The notes under the pieces are model-generated. The model worked only from the letters and a program-made list of their open reading frames with translations. It searched no databases and had not been told where the DNA came from. The position numbers were made by a program, and so were the translations under genes. This document shows, piece by piece, positions 63,201 to 64,000 of a DNA stretch of 64,000 nucleotides (within the stretch, counting starts at the first letter, position 1; each line of letters opens with the position of its first letter). The stretch spans positions 24,192-88,191 of the forward strand of contig DATDWX010000027.1 of the NCBI GenBank assembly GCA_036517335.1. Reading direction: 5' to 3'. This DNA is from Minisyncoccota bacterium. GTDB lineage: Bacteria; Patescibacteriota; Minisyncoccia; Phycocordibacterales; UBA2100.

Positions 63201-64000
63201 CCTGCATTTCCCGTTTGGAAATATAAGGTGCCTTGTTCAGAGCCATCTACTACGTAACTTAGTTGTCCGTTGATGGACGCGGTATTTTTTATGGTGCCAG
63301 CACTATTTTGTGCCTGGAAAAGCATTTGAGCTCCGATACCATTCTCTGCTGTGCCAGTGGTACCGCGCGTGTACACGAGGCTTGGCAGAACGCCTGAAGT
63401 ATCAGCGCTATTGATGAAAACTTGGAAAAGAGAACTCGGTGCCGCCGTACCAATCCCCACATTCCCACTCCCCTGCTGCACCACGAACTGCGAGGAGCCG
63501 ATGGTGAATCCTTGGCCTGTGGCGATGGTGGAGGTGCCGGTGGTAGAAGTAGCAGTAAAGTAAGCGAATGTGGGTCCACTCGTTGCGGTGAGTGTGCTTG
63601 CACTTGCCCACGCGGTGAGCATGCCTGTGGTTCCTCCTGAAAGTGTGGCACTGCTTGAGAGACAAGTGCCCGAGATCGCAAAGCAGCCTGCCGCAAGATT
63701 GAAGCCGTTGGCAGCAGTTGATGTTGCTGCTGCTCCGGAGAGCGCGAGGTACGTCCCCGTCAATCCCCCCGTGAACGTCGTGGTGCCGGTTGCGCCGAAG
63801 GTGGCAGCGCCGGAGATGCCGTTGAAAGCGAGCGCCGCGGTGGTGGAGGTGGCGAGGGCAGAGCTGGTCGCGAGATAGAAGGTGGAGGAAGCGACGCGGA
63901 AGGTCCAAGCGTTGGTGCCGTTGGTGTCAACGAGGGCGAGCTGGGGGCCGGTGGTGGAAGCAGAGGCTCCCACGGTGAGCGCCCAGAAGGGTGTGGTGGT
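60164..64000 (-). CDS. giant secreted Thr/Ala/Ser/Gly-rich surface protein (C-terminal 1269 aa; the N-terminus lies beyond the window) with a glycine-rich module and an Ig-like (DUF5011-type) domain
   Basis: Periodic repeats containing GNVGIGTTSP / TGPQLALVDT. A Gly-rich block at about 61576-62140 (YYVVEGWGGGGGGG...GGIVITIY). An Ig-like segment (VLSVNGNNPATINVGDSYVDLGASVSDDIDQ...TRTVEVVD) near the C-terminus. A Pro/Thr-rich tail. Confidence 0.6.
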   Translation of the reverse strand, partial: TTTPFWALTVGASASTTGPQLALVDTNGTNAWTFRVASSTFYLATSSALATSTTAALAFNGISGAATFGATGTTTFTGGLTGTYLALSGAAATSTAANGFNLAAGCFAISGTCLSSSATLSGGTTGMLTAWASASTLTATSGPTFAYFTATSTTGTSTIATGQGFTIGSSQFVVQQGSGNVGIGTAAPSSLFQVFINSADTSGVLPSLVYTRGTTGTAENGIGAQMLFQAQNSAGTIKNTASINGQLSYVVDGSEQGTLYFQTGNAGALSEAMRIDYLKRVGIGTTTPNRALVVSSATDVTAAQFVTNTTITNSTVRSQELYAKSTGANADGLTPLLRFYVSDPSVDGFGLGGIGFARNGGNTTGDFVVRTDSAGSDAEKFRITSGGNVGIGTTSPIATFAVQSAGVSYNSNAIHAVIASTDTNGPQLLFTGNTSYDGRDWSILSTGSGNTAIGAGKFAIADRTAGTNATRLVIDSSGNVGIGTTTPKWTLTIASSTGPQLALVDTTASSNAWTLRNIGNTLYVATSSYSATSTTAAIAIDPNGAITFGAAATTTFSGGINITKGCFAINNACIGYITKLSAIYATSTAGTTTVQFTGAGNSNPSFSAGTLTLQGNVAYYVVEGWGGGGGGGAQATNNGATGAASCYAQGTVACASALIKAGGGGGGTLGDGVGAGGAGGTASLGSVNLNGQAGETGGTPGVAVRGGGDSPRGGAGAGLPTVPGTAGVTGGSPGGGGSGPRAANGNSAGSGGGGAYSQNVASTSVLTASKLAVGAGGAGGAAGTLAGGAGAVGGIVITIYATSSPSAAGNDYAEMFPVSNPLMGAGDIVAVDRGIPVSMKLAIASDGAPLAGVISTLPGQVLGDQNATGERPIALSGRVPVKVNLENGPIAIGDRIAVSSVPGVGKKAGPFDDSVGIAIDNYAGSTDSTGSPQADGGTVMIFMNLQKGTDINAIAFVLLGPNAFVGLSGTSATSATSTNQAGPLDFVGGMMNAIASRLGSLADTLSYNATTTDATSTSATSTADLYAQGFIQSLFSRITEWLASAANGIEDLFAKNITAVNVSADTITAKKLCLDDVCVTKSQLQAMLSAASSSSADSASTTPTSVTSSASDSASSPPVLSVNGNNPATINVGDSYVDLGASVSDDIDQNLGIHASVDGGASITLDQITIDTSVAGTHTIEYSATDAAGNVGTTTRTVEVVDPNPAPAPDSTSLPQTDPTLDPTPTDTSTTTDSTSSTTPATSGSTEPETTTTPEDSTSTSTTADPLNDNAPLSTLEE

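Noticed and set aside
1-64000. rRNA and tRNA genes
   Set aside because: No tRNA-like acceptor/T-loop signatures or rRNA-like conserved blocks were recognised by eye. A tRNAscan or Rfam run would be needed to be certain.
1-64000. CRISPR array
   Set aside because: The only recurrent short repeats are the CCCGTTAGAGGC palindromes. These occur as isolated inverted pairs, not as regularly spaced direct repeats with unique spacers.

Overview
This 64-kb window is a cell-surface glycan and polysaccharide biosynthesis island from a moderately GC-rich bacterium (about 58-60% GC by eye). It holds dense, mostly co-directional genes for four activated-sugar routes: dTDP-rhamnose (rfbB fragment and rfbA), GDP-mannose 4,6-dehydratase, a complete ADP-heptose pathway with split HldE domains, and a nonulosonic (pseudaminic/legionaminic-like) acid cassette. 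It also holds at least eight glycosyltransferases, at least eight SAM-dependent methyltransferases, an ABC exporter and a Wzy_C/O-antigen-ligase-like protein. An 8.8-kb gene for a secreted RHS/YD-repeat polymorphic toxin interrupts the island. That gene carries a compositionally foreign C-terminal toxin module, an in-frame tail that looks like an immunity protein, downstream orphan rhs-core remnants and an embedded ParDE pair. The window also carries a RelBE-like pair, secA, and the C-terminal 1269 aa of a second giant glycine-rich surface protein. The most unusual signal is a family of palindromic elements built on CCCGTTAGAG at four loci. One copy carries a GIY-YIG nuclease gene and sits exactly at a stop/start ATGA junction. 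A second is a gene-less, MITE-like derivative and a third is a 29-bp in-frame insertion inside a glycosyltransferase gene. I recognised no rRNA, tRNA or CRISPR array.
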